The translations under genes and the position numbers were made by a program. The notes beneath the pieces were generated by a model. It did not search any database and was not told where the DNA came from. It saw only the letters and a program-made list of their open reading frames with translations. Shown piece by piece: positions 1 through 8,162 of a stretch of DNA of 64,000 nucleotides (position 1 is its first letter; each line of letters begins with the position of its first letter). The DNA is from Acidobacteriota bacterium (GTDB taxonomy: Bacteria; Acidobacteriota; CAIWXX01). Location of the stretch: positions 64,001 through 128,000 of the forward strand of contig JBFMAF010000037.1 of assembly GCA_040755995.1 (NCBI GenBank), in the 5' to 3' direction.

Positions 1-817
1 TAGTAATTTCGTCCGCCCGCTCGAAGGCAGTCGAGCGGTCGAGGTCGACCTGGATGTCGACAAAATGGCGCCCGCCGGCCTCGCGTAGCCGCACTCGCGA
101 CAGGCGCAGCACGCCGGGAACGCCCGACACAGCCCGTCCGATCCCGGCGCTCAGGTCCGGCGAGACGCGGTCCAGCAGGGAATCGACGGTGCGCCTTCCG
201 AGCTCGTAGCTGGCGTAGATGACGATGACGGATACGCCGAGCGCCGCCACCGGGTCCGCGTGCTCGAGGAAGTGGATCGAGAACCGTTGACCGGCCAGAA
301 CGCAGAACAGCCCGAAGAGCACCACGAAGGAGCTCCAGATATCAGTCGTGAAGTGAAGAGCATCGGCTTCGAGGGCCTGGCTCCGATGCTTCCTGGCGAC
401 CCGGTAGAGCGCCTTTGCGCGGCCCCAGTTGACGACGATCGAGACGACGACTGTAAGGAATGCCCAGACGTTGGGATCGATCTCGACGTCGCCGACCAGC
501 AGTCGCCGCGTGGCCTCGTAGACGATCCAGACGCAGGTGAGCAGGAGCAGCAGCGTCTCGGTCAGCGCCGAGAGGCTTTCGACCTTGCCGTGACCGTAGG
601 TGTGATCCATGTCCGGCGGCCGGCTGGCAATGCGAACCGCGAAGTAGGTCATGAGCGCCGCGACAAGGTCGAGGCCGGAATGCGCCGCTTCCGCCAGAAT
701 CCCGAGGCTTCCGGTGAGCACGCCCACCACGGCCTTCATCACAGTCAGGCCGACGGCCGCGACGACCGAGGTGAGGGCGATGGATCGCTTCTCCTGTTCC
801 GGGCTTCGCGCGGTCAT
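1..817 (-). CDS. Cation diffusion facilitator (FieF/CzcD-like) transporter, 3' end outside window
   Basis: Translated manually from ATG at 817: MTARSPEQEKRSIALTSVVAAVGLTVMKAVVGVLTGSLGILAEAAHSGLDLVAA...RPPDMDHTYGHGKVESLSA, the CDF signature; frame open to the window edge, absent from the ORF track. Confidence 0.9.
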   Translation of the reverse strand, partial: MTARSPEQEKRSIALTSVVAAVGLTVMKAVVGVLTGSLGILAEAAHSGLDLVAALMTYFAVRIASRPPDMDHTYGHGKVESLSALTETLLLLLTCVWIVYEATRRLLVGDVEIDPNVWAFLTVVVSIVVNWGRAKALYRVARKHRSQALEADALHFTTDIWSSFVVLFGLFCVLAGQRFSIHFLEHADPVAALGVSVIVIYASYELGRRTVDSLLDRVSPDLSAGIGRAVSGVPGVLRLSRVRLREAGGRHFVDIQVDLDRSTAFERADEIT

Positions 818-856
818 CGCAGGCGCGATTATACTCCACCTTCGCCCCGGGGCGCA

Positions 857-879
857 GGGCGCGGACACCGCGCCCCTAC
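857..879 (-). repeat. GTAG-type REP-like palindrome (GTAGGGGCGCGGTGTCCGCGCCC)
   Basis: GTAG followed by a GC-rich hairpin; related copies at 2095, 5669, 5832, 13614, 18065. Confidence 0.6.
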
Positions 880-886
880 GTGCCTG

Positions 887-908
887 TGTCTGAATGTCTG
901 AATGTCTG
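887..908 (+). repeat. Short tandem repeat (TGTCTGAA) x ~2.75
   Basis: tgtctgaa tgtctgaa tgtctg in the divergent intergenic region. Confidence 0.6.
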
Positions 909-973
909 CGACATCATGCCCCGACTATGCTAAATTATGCTTCCAGTCGGAAACCGAATCGGAGGAGGAAACA

Positions 974-2098
974 ATGGGGATAATGGATCGGATCAAGGGC
1001 CAATTCATTGAGGTTATCGAGTGGGTCGATGACACGCCCGATACGATGGTCTACCGCTTTCCCGTCTACTCGAAAGAGATCAAGATGGGCGCGCAGCTCA
1101 CGGTGCGCGAGACTCAGGCCGTGGTGTTCCTGAACGAGGGACAGGTCGCGGACGTCTTCAGTCCGGGCCGCTACGAGCTTTCCACGCAGAACCTTCCGAT
1201 CCTCACGACGCTCCGGAGCTGGAAATACGGCTTCAACTCGCCGTTCAAGGCCGACGTGTTCTTCCTCAACACGAGGCAGTTCACAGACCTCAAGTGGGGC
1301 ACCCCCAATCCGGTCATGTTGCGCGACAAGGAATTCGGCATGCTGCGGCTTCGAGCCTTCGGCGTCTATTCCATGCGCATCAGCGATCCCCGCAAGTTTT
1401 TCTCCGAGATCTGCGGGACCAAGGGGCTGTTCACGACCGAGGAGATCACGGAGCAGCTCCGGAAGGCGATCGTCTCGTCCTTCACGGATCTGCTCGGTGA
1501 GTGCGCGACGCCTGCGCTCGACCTGGCCGCCAAGTACGACGAGCTCTCGTCACAGGCTCGCGAGAAGCTCGTGCCCGAGTTCGAGACCTACGGCCTCGAC
1601 CTGGTCAAGTTCTACCTCGAGAACATCTCGCTGCCAGAGGAGGTCGAGAAGATTCTCGACAAGCGCACGCAAATGGGCATCGTCGGAGACATGCAGAAGT
1701 TCGCGCAGTTCCAAACGGCCACGGCCATCGAGGAAGCGGCCAAGAATCCGAGCGGTGGAGCTGCGGCTGCGGGCGTGGGGTTGGGAGGCGGTTTTGCCAT
1801 GGCCAACGTGATGGGCCAAGCGTTCCAGCAGACGGCGGCGCCCGCGGCGCAGCCGGCGGGTACGCCGTGCCCCAGCTGCCAGGCGTTGATTCCGGCCGGG
1901 AGCAAGTTCTGCCCGGGCTGCGGCAAGGCCGCCCTGGCGCCCGGCATGGCAGCCTGCGTGAAGTGCGGCGTCGCCATGCCCGCCGGGAGCAAGTTCTGCC
2001 CGAGCTGCGGCGCCGCGCAATCCAACAAGTGCCCCGCGTGCCAGGCGGACATCCCGGCTGGCGCGAAATTCTGCGCGTCCTGCGGCCAGAAGGTGTAG
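974..2098 (+). CDS. SPFH/band-7 domain protein (YdjI-like) with C-terminal double zinc ribbons
   Basis: GGAGGAGG RBS at 961-968; IEVIEW..., QLTVRETQ, KWGTPNP, ENISLPEEV motifs; three CxxC...KFCxxCG repeats. Confidence 0.88.
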   Translation: MGIMDRIKGQFIEVIEWVDDTPDTMVYRFPVYSKEIKMGAQLTVRETQAVVFLNEGQVADVFSPGRYELSTQNLPILTTLRSWKYGFNSPFKADVFFLNTRQFTDLKWGTPNPVMLRDKEFGMLRLRAFGVYSMRISDPRKFFSEICGTKGLFTTEEITEQLRKAIVSSFTDLLGECATPALDLAAKYDELSSQAREKLVPEFETYGLDLVKFYLENISLPEEVEKILDKRTQMGIVGDMQKFAQFQTATAIEEAAKNPSGGAAAAGVGLGGGFAMANVMGQAFQQTAAPAAQPAGTPCPSCQALIPAGSKFCPGCGKAALAPGMAACVKCGVAMPAGSKFCPSCGAAQSNKCPACQADIPAGAKFCASCGQKV

Positions 2099-2119
2099 GG
2101 GCGACCGACCGGTCGCCCC
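2095..2119 (+). repeat. GTAG-type REP-like palindrome overlapping the stop codon of the SPFH gene
   Basis: GTAGGGGCGACCGACCGGTCGCCCC. Confidence 0.65.
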
Positions 2120-2203
2120 GGATGCATACGGAAGGAGCGCCGCGACAACGAACGGACATAGGTCCTTCACCCGACATGTCGACCTCGCGAGGAGATGATC
2201 CCG

Positions 2204-3274
2204 ATGGCAGACAAGGTCCACAAGTTCCCGTGCCGCCAGTGCGGCGCAGACCTCGTGTTCAATCCGCAGGCGCAGATGCTGCGGTGCGAGTACTGCGGCT
2301 CGACGCAGGAGATCCCGCGCTCTGAAGAACAGATCAAGGAGTACGCTTACAACGAGGCGTTGGCTCCGACGATCAAGAAGGGGTGGGGGACTGAGCGCCG
2401 GAGCATCAAGTGCGAGAACTGCGGGGCCACTTCCAGCGACGATCCGAAGGTCACGTCGACCAGATGCGCGTTCTGCGGGTCGCCGCGGGTGGTGGAGGAT
2501 GCGCCGCGGGAGGACGTGATCCAGCCGGAATCGCTTCTCCCGTTCGCGCATGACCGGAGAAGCGCCACGGACCTGTACCGGCGATGGCTGTCGTCACTCT
2601 GGTTCCGGCCATCGAACCTGGCCAAGGAGAGCAGCCTGGCATCTATTGCGGGGGCGTACATCCCGTACTGGACGTTCGATACCTTCACGAATTCGTTCTG
2701 GCAGGCCGAGGCGGGATACTACTACTACACGACGGAGAGCTACACCGAGGGTGGCCAGCGGAAGACGCGGCAGGTGCGGCACGTCCGCTGGGAGCCCGCT
2801 TCGGGTGTGCACGACGAGTTCTTCGACGACGAGCTCGTGTACGCGTCGAAGGGGCTGCCGGAGCGGTACGTGAAGGGGGTGGAGCCGTTCGACACGACGA
2901 AGTTGGTCGTCTACGATCCAAGCTTTCTCTCAGGGTGGAAGGCCGAGCAGTATTCGGTGGAGTTGAAAGAGGGCTGGGACCGCGCACGCCAGTCCATCAC
3001 GCAGAAGATCGAGTACGCCTGCGCGCAGAAGGTGCCCGGCGACACGCACCGCAACCTGCGGGTTCGGACGGCGTACAGCGCCATCACGTACAAACACGTC
3101 CTGCTGCCCCTGTGGATCGCGGCCTTTCAGTACGGAGCGAAGACCTACCGCGTCGTTGTCAACGGTCAGACAGGGAAGGCATCCGGCGAGGCGCCATACT
3201 CCTGGGTGAAGATACTGGCACTCGTCGCAGCGCTGATCCTGGTCTTCATCCTGTTAGCGAAGTTCACCGGTTAG
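2204..3274 (+). CDS. Zinc-ribbon membrane-anchored protein (YdjG-like)
   Basis: FPCRQCGA, CEYCG, CENCGA, CAFCG; YIPYWTF, LLPLW, VNGQTG motifs; C-terminal TM. Confidence 0.8.
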   Translation: MADKVHKFPCRQCGADLVFNPQAQMLRCEYCGSTQEIPRSEEQIKEYAYNEALAPTIKKGWGTERRSIKCENCGATSSDDPKVTSTRCAFCGSPRVVEDAPREDVIQPESLLPFAHDRRSATDLYRRWLSSLWFRPSNLAKESSLASIAGAYIPYWTFDTFTNSFWQAEAGYYYYTTESYTEGGQRKTRQVRHVRWEPASGVHDEFFDDELVYASKGLPERYVKGVEPFDTTKLVVYDPSFLSGWKAEQYSVELKEGWDRARQSITQKIEYACAQKVPGDTHRNLRVRTAYSAITYKHVLLPLWIAAFQYGAKTYRVVVNGQTGKASGEAPYSWVKILALVAALILVFILLAKFTG

Positions 3275-3360
3275 GTGGTTGGCACGACTGCTGAGACTAT
3301 CGATCTACGTGCGCGCGAGCGAGCTTCCGGCGAGCGAGGAGGCACTTTCACGCCCGTCGC

Positions 3361-3717
3361 TCAGCGGCTTCCAGTGGCAAGCTTGAGTGTGCGGTAGGTG
3401 AGGGTGGCGATTGCCAGGCCGCAGGCGAATGCTGCGGGCAGATGCACGTGGAGCGGCATGTGCAGGAGGCGCTGCACGACGGAGCCCCCTGCGCCGAAGG
3501 CCGTCAGGAATGTCGCGATGACAACCGATGACCAGGGGCTCAGGACCGCGGCCTCTCCTGATGTCGAGAGCGATCCGTGCTCGTCGGGTGTGCCGGCAGC
3601 ATCGGGACTCACGCTGTCGGATCGTCTCCGCATGACATTCGGGAGCACTCCCACAAACAGCGCCCAGAACACGCCGGCCGAGAAACAGATCACGTAGAAC
3701 GAGGTCAACGGTAGCAT
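3361..3717 (-). CDS. Small membrane protein resembling the TM part of NfeD/YuaF family
   Basis: FYVICFSAGVFWAL...SPWSSVVIATFLTAFGAGG pattern, three hydrophobic segments, no C-terminal OB-fold. Confidence 0.55.
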   Translation of the reverse strand: MLPLTSFYVICFSAGVFWALFVGVLPNVMRRRSDSVSPDAAGTPDEHGSLSTSGEAAVLSPWSSVVIATFLTAFGAGGSVVQRLLHMPLHVHLPAAFACGLAIATLTYRTLKLATGSR

Positions 3718-3737
3718 GCCCTCCTATCCGCTCCCAT

Positions 3738-3791
3738 GTCGCTCCAAGTATATCAGGGTTTCGCCGGAACCCTCTCGTACGCCTCCCCGTA
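3738..3791. promoter_or_regulatory. Back-to-back putative ECF-sigma promoters
   Basis: Plus: GGAACC(3766-3771)-N16-CGTA(3788-3791); minus: CGAAAC(3763-3758)-N16-CGAC(3741-3738). Confidence 0.4.
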
Positions 3792-3929
3792 CCCAATGCC
3801 GGCGATCCTGCGGCGGTTGATTCGATCTGTCCCGCCCCATCGAGCTAACAGCACGACACAAGTCGCGCTGTATAGCGAACTCGGAGGCGGGAATTACGTA
3901 TTAGACACGGTGAGAAAGGAGTTCTGCTC

Positions 3930-5663
3930 ATGGCACGCACTGGCCTGAAGATAGCGGGCGTCATCGTAATCCTGGCCGGCCTCATGCTGGTCGCGACGGC
4001 GGGGGCGCTTTACTGGCTCTTCACGAAAGCACCGGCCATCGAGGACAAGTCAGTCCTGGTGGTGAAGCTTTGCGGGGAGGTCCCGGAGTGTGGGACCGAC
4101 ATGCTTCGAGGCGGCCCGTTCGGCAAGGCGCCGGTCTCCATGTGGGACATCCGGGATGTCTTGCAGAAGGCCGCCGCCGACAGCCGTATAGCCGCGGTCT
4201 GGATCTGGATCGACTATCCGGTCATAGGTTGGGCGAAGGCCGAGGAGATCTCGGAGTACCTCGACGAGTTCAGAAAGAGCAAGAAGCCCGCCGTCGCCTA
4301 CTTGAACGCGGCAGACGAGCGCAGCTACATGATCGCCCTTTCCTGCGATTCCATCTTCGCTCCGGCCGAGGCCTTCGTCGAGATGAACGGGCTCGCCACA
4401 CAGGTGACCCATCTACCCGGCTTGCTCGAGAAACTCGGCATCAAGGTCCAGTTCGAGCGGTTCGGCAAGTACAAGTCCGTTTCCGGCGAGAAGTACGGCC
4501 GCAAGGAGCTCACCGAACCCGTCCGCGAGATGATCAACTCGCTGCTGGACGGCGAGTTCGACGTGCTGCTCTCGCGTATCTGCGATCGCCGTCGCATGCA
4601 GCGAGACCGTCTCATCGAGTTCCTCGACCAGGGCAATTTTTGGGCGAGGTACTCCATCGCCGCAGGGCTGGTCGACGCCGACAAGGACGAAATCGCGGTC
4701 GAAGACTATCTCAAGCAGAAATTGGGCGTCGAAGAGAAGCTGAATATCGTGCAGGCCGAGTCGTACCGCGAGGTGCCGCGCGAAGATGTCGGACTGGGAG
4801 GCGGCGCTAACCGGATCGCAGTCGTCTACTCGGCCGGAATGGTCATGCAAGGGGGCGGCGGCTTCAACCCCGTATTCTGGGAAACCGAACAGGGCAGCGA
4901 TCCCGTCGTGAAGGCGTTGCAGAAATGCGTCGATGACGAGAGCACCAAGGCCATCGTGTTCAGAGTGGACAGCCCCGGCGGAGGCGGCTTCGGCCCGGAG
5001 ATCATCTGCAACAAGATCGTCGAGGTCCAGAAGAAGAAACCTGTCGTCGCCAGCATGTCCGACTACGCCGCCTCAGGCGGCTACTGGATCTCGATGCCGG
5101 CTCGCAAGATCGTGGCCCAACCTTCTACGATCACAGGCTCGATCGGCGTCTGGGGCATCTTCCCGGATTTCACAGGCTTCAACGAGAAGCTCGGCCTCAC
5201 CATCGACGTGCTCAAGCGCGGCAGCCGCGCAGACATGCTGCTCGCCAACCGGCCGCTGGACGAGGGCGAACGCGAGCTGTTCAGAAAGGGCATCCTGGAC
5301 ATGTACAACAGCTTCGTCGACGGCGCCGCACGATTCCGAAAGATGCCGCGAGAAAAGATGGAAGAGATCGCCCAGGGCCGCTCCTGGCTCGGCCGCCAGG
5401 CCAAGGACAACGGCCTCGTCGATGCCCTCGGCGGCCTCGATGTCGCCATCGATGTGGCCAAGAAAGAGGCCGGAATAGAAGGCCCCGTGGACCTGTGGCT
5501 TCCCGGCGCGAAGAGCTGGTACGAGAACCTGGCCGAGAAGTTCAGCCTCGCCGGCCGCGAAACCAGCCTCGCTGCAATCGGCGAGGAGGTACAGGAGCTC
5601 GAACGCAGAATCAACGCCGTACGCATCTACGCAGCCGATCCTCAGAGAATAGAGATCAGATAG
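3930..5663 (+). CDS. sppA: Signal peptide peptidase SppA (protease IV, 67K type)
   Basis: N-terminal TM; two S49 domains, GKYKS, RVDSPGG, KPVVASMSDYAASGGYWI, TITGSIGV, AQGRSWLG. Confidence 0.93.
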   Translation: MARTGLKIAGVIVILAGLMLVATAGALYWLFTKAPAIEDKSVLVVKLCGEVPECGTDMLRGGPFGKAPVSMWDIRDVLQKAAADSRIAAVWIWIDYPVIGWAKAEEISEYLDEFRKSKKPAVAYLNAADERSYMIALSCDSIFAPAEAFVEMNGLATQVTHLPGLLEKLGIKVQFERFGKYKSVSGEKYGRKELTEPVREMINSLLDGEFDVLLSRICDRRRMQRDRLIEFLDQGNFWARYSIAAGLVDADKDEIAVEDYLKQKLGVEEKLNIVQAESYREVPREDVGLGGGANRIAVVYSAGMVMQGGGGFNPVFWETEQGSDPVVKALQKCVDDESTKAIVFRVDSPGGGGFGPEIICNKIVEVQKKKPVVASMSDYAASGGYWISMPARKIVAQPSTITGSIGVWGIFPDFTGFNEKLGLTIDVLKRGSRADMLLANRPLDEGERELFRKGILDMYNSFVDGAARFRKMPREKMEEIAQGRSWLGRQAKDNGLVDALGGLDVAIDVAKKEAGIEGPVDLWLPGAKSWYENLAEKFSLAGRETSLAAIGEEVQELERRINAVRIYAADPQRIEIR

Positions 5664-5668
5664 GCGCG

Positions 5669-5853
5669 GTAGGGGCGAGCGGCGCTCGCTCGTGCTCCCG
5701 TCGCACGGTGCGCCGCCAACCGACGAGCGCTGCACGCGCCCTTGTCTCCGGTCCCGCGTGAGCTGCAACCCGAGCGAGGGCGTGGTGCAGGCCCTGACGG
5801 CCGCGCATGCGCGATGGGACCGGCACCGCGAGGCGAGCGCGGCCAGCCCCTAC
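5669..5853. repeat. Inverted pair of REP-like palindromes (REPIN-like) between convergent sppA and WD40 genes
   Basis: GTAGGGGCGAGCGGCGCTCGCTC at 5669-5691 (+) and GTAGGGGCTGGCCGCGCTCGCC at 5853-5832 (-). Confidence 0.55.
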
Positions 5854-6818
5854 GGCAGCACCCGATCCATCGTCCAGATCTCGACCGTGCCGTCCGTCCC
5901 GCTTGCGATCAGATCCTCGCTATCATAGCTGAAGGTCAGATGCAGCAGGCCTGAGCCCGGTCCCTGAAGCGTCTTCAGAAGACTGAACGTTCCTGCACGC
6001 CAGATCTTGATCTCGCCGCCGATCGAGGATGTGGCGAGGTACTTGCCGTCGGGCGAGAATGCGCACGAGGTCATGAGCTTCTGATGAGCGGGAACGGTCC
6101 GAAGGACGGCGCCGGAGCTGACCGAGCGGACGCGCAGCGTGCCGCTGTACCCCCCGTATGCGATCTGTGCGCCGTCGACGCTGAGCGCAACTGCCGTGCA
6201 GGGGTAGCCTTCGTCTTTGAAGCTCTTGAGGAATTTCTTAGTGCCGAGATCGTAGACGTACACGGTCTCGTCATCGGATGCGCTCGCGAGATATCGCGAA
6301 TCCCCGCTGATGGCGAGGGCGCGGACCTGGCCGGCGGCCTCCTTGAGGTCCTTGAGGTAATAGTCTTTCAGCCTCCAGAGCTTGACGATGTCATCCTTGG
6401 CTGCGGCGAGCACCGCGCCGTCTGACGAGATCGCCAGGGCGCTCACGCTCCCAACCCCGGTCGGCAGCGTTTTCTCGAGCCCGAATCCGGCCGACTTGCC
6501 GACCTTGCGGACATTGACCTTTCCATCGGAGCCCGTCTCGAAGAAGCGCTCCATGTCCGGCGAGAACTCGTCAGCGGTCTTCTTCGTCCCGGGCGCGGAA
6601 ATCGTCTTGTACAGTGACCAGTCTTCTGCTTTCCAGACTTTCACCGTCCCGTCCTCGCCGCAGCTGGCCAGGAACAGCCCGTCCGGGCTCTCCGCCGCCC
6701 ACGTGGCGGCCTTCGACTGTGCCGCGATCGTGATATCCGGCAGCAGCGACACATCGACTTGTGCCAGTGAAACAGCGGGAACAGCGACGAAGACGACGCT
6801 CAACCAGAGCCCCTTCAT
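5850..6818 (-). CDS. Secreted WD40-repeat protein
   Basis: Signal peptide (VSLA-Q); repeated SPDG..LAS...DGTVKVW motifs. Confidence 0.88.
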   Translation of the reverse strand: MKGLWLSVVFVAVPAVSLAQVDVSLLPDITIAAQSKAATWAAESPDGLFLASCGEDGTVKVWKAEDWSLYKTISAPGTKKTADEFSPDMERFFETGSDGKVNVRKVGKSAGFGLEKTLPTGVGSVSALAISSDGAVLAAAKDDIVKLWRLKDYYLKDLKEAAGQVRALAISGDSRYLASASDDETVYVYDLGTKKFLKSFKDEGYPCTAVALSVDGAQIAYGGYSGTLRVRSVSSGAVLRTVPAHQKLMTSCAFSPDGKYLATSSIGGEIKIWRAGTFSLLKTLQGPGSGLLHLTFSYDSEDLIASGTDGTVEIWTMDRVLP

Positions 6819-6892
6819 ATCTCTTCACCCTCCAAGCGCACACCATCCTAGCCGATCGTTCGGCCGTGTCAAGTCGTGCCAGCATGTTGGGA

Positions 6893-7025
6893 AGTTGTCG
6901 GTTGTCAGTTGTTGGTTGCCAGTTCCGCAAGCGGTGGGTTCGGAGTCCCAACCGGAACGCATGGCGCCACCGCGCGTCCCCGCTGACAGACAGCTGCCAA
7001 CAACTGTCAACTGACAACTATCAGC
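6893..7025. repeat. Inverted arms built of degenerate heptamers (GTTGTCA / TGACAAC)
   Basis: gttgtcggttgtcagttgttggttgccagtt ... ctgccaacaactgtcaactgacaact. Confidence 0.65.
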
Positions 7026-7048
7026 CGTTCTGCTACAATTTCGGGCGC

Positions 7049-8065
7049 ATGATCGTCGTCGGACTGACCGGGCGGAACGGAGCGGGCAAGGGCGAGATCG
7101 CCGCGTTTCTCGCGCGCAAGGGGTTTCAGCTTTACTCGCTCTCGGACGTGGTGCGCGAGGAGGTGGCGGCTGCGGGGCTGCCCGAGACTCGCGAGAATCT
7201 CATTGCGATGGGGAGGGAGCTGCGCGAGAAACATGGTGCGCAGGTGCTGGCTGAGCGGGTCTGCAAGCGGCTCCAACCGGACAAGAACTACTGTGTCGAC
7301 TCGATCAGGAATCCGGCGGAGGCCGAGTTTCTGCGCCGAGCCTGCGACTTCCTGCTGCTGTTCGTGGACGCTCCGGTGGACGTTCGCTTCGCCCGCTTGA
7401 GGAAGCGAGGACGCGAGGGGGACCCGGAGTCGTTCAAGCGATTCCTGGCTCTGGAGAAACAGGAGCTCGAAAGCGACACGGCGGCCGGCCAGCAGCTGAT
7501 GAAGTGCGAGGAGACGGCCGACTTCAAGATCACGAACGATTCGGGTCTCGATGATCTGCACAGGCGCGTTGCCGACATAGTGCTTCCGTTTCTGCGCAGC
7601 CAGAGCCGGCCGAGCTGGGACGCCTACTTCATGGATATCGCCCGCATGGTCGCGATGCGGAGCAACTGTCTGAAGCGCAAAGTGGCTGCCGTGATCGCGA
7701 AAGACCGGCGGATCATCTCCACCGGTTACAACGGCACGCCTCGCGGGATCCGGAACTGCAACGAAGGTGGATGCCCGCGCTGCAACCAGTTCGCCGACAG
7801 CGGATCGGGGCTCGAAGAGTGTTACTGCTCGCACGGCGAAGAGAACGCCATCGTGCAGGCCGCCTACCACGGCGTTTGCATTGCCGGGGGAACGCTATAC
7901 AGCACTCACGCCCCGTGCCTCCTCTGCACCAAGATGATAATCAACAGCGGCATCGTCGAGGTCGTGTACAGCGATGAATACCCGCTCAATGCCGCCGCCT
8001 TCCAGCTCCTTCGTGAGGCCGGCATACAGCTGCGCAAGTTCGAACGCGACAGCCAGACCCGGTGA
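7049..8065 (+). CDS. P-loop nucleotide-kinase-like domain fused to dCMP deaminase
   Basis: Walker A GLTGRNGAGKG, VDSIRNP; RPSWDAYFM, STGYNGTP, HGEENAI (HxE), PCLLC (PCxxC). Confidence 0.9.
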   Translation: MIVVGLTGRNGAGKGEIAAFLARKGFQLYSLSDVVREEVAAAGLPETRENLIAMGRELREKHGAQVLAERVCKRLQPDKNYCVDSIRNPAEAEFLRRACDFLLLFVDAPVDVRFARLRKRGREGDPESFKRFLALEKQELESDTAAGQQLMKCEETADFKITNDSGLDDLHRRVADIVLPFLRSQSRPSWDAYFMDIARMVAMRSNCLKRKVAAVIAKDRRIISTGYNGTPRGIRNCNEGGCPRCNQFADSGSGLEECYCSHGEENAIVQAAYHGVCIAGGTLYSTHAPCLLCTKMIINSGIVEVVYSDEYPLNAAAFQLLREAGIQLRKFERDSQTR

Positions 8066-8162
8066 CCCGGCCGGAGCCGGGAGCCAGGGCGGGCCCACGC
8101 TGCTGCCAATGATGCAGGACTGCGGCCACTTCCTCCGACACCCGCGCCAGAAAGGCCCTCTG

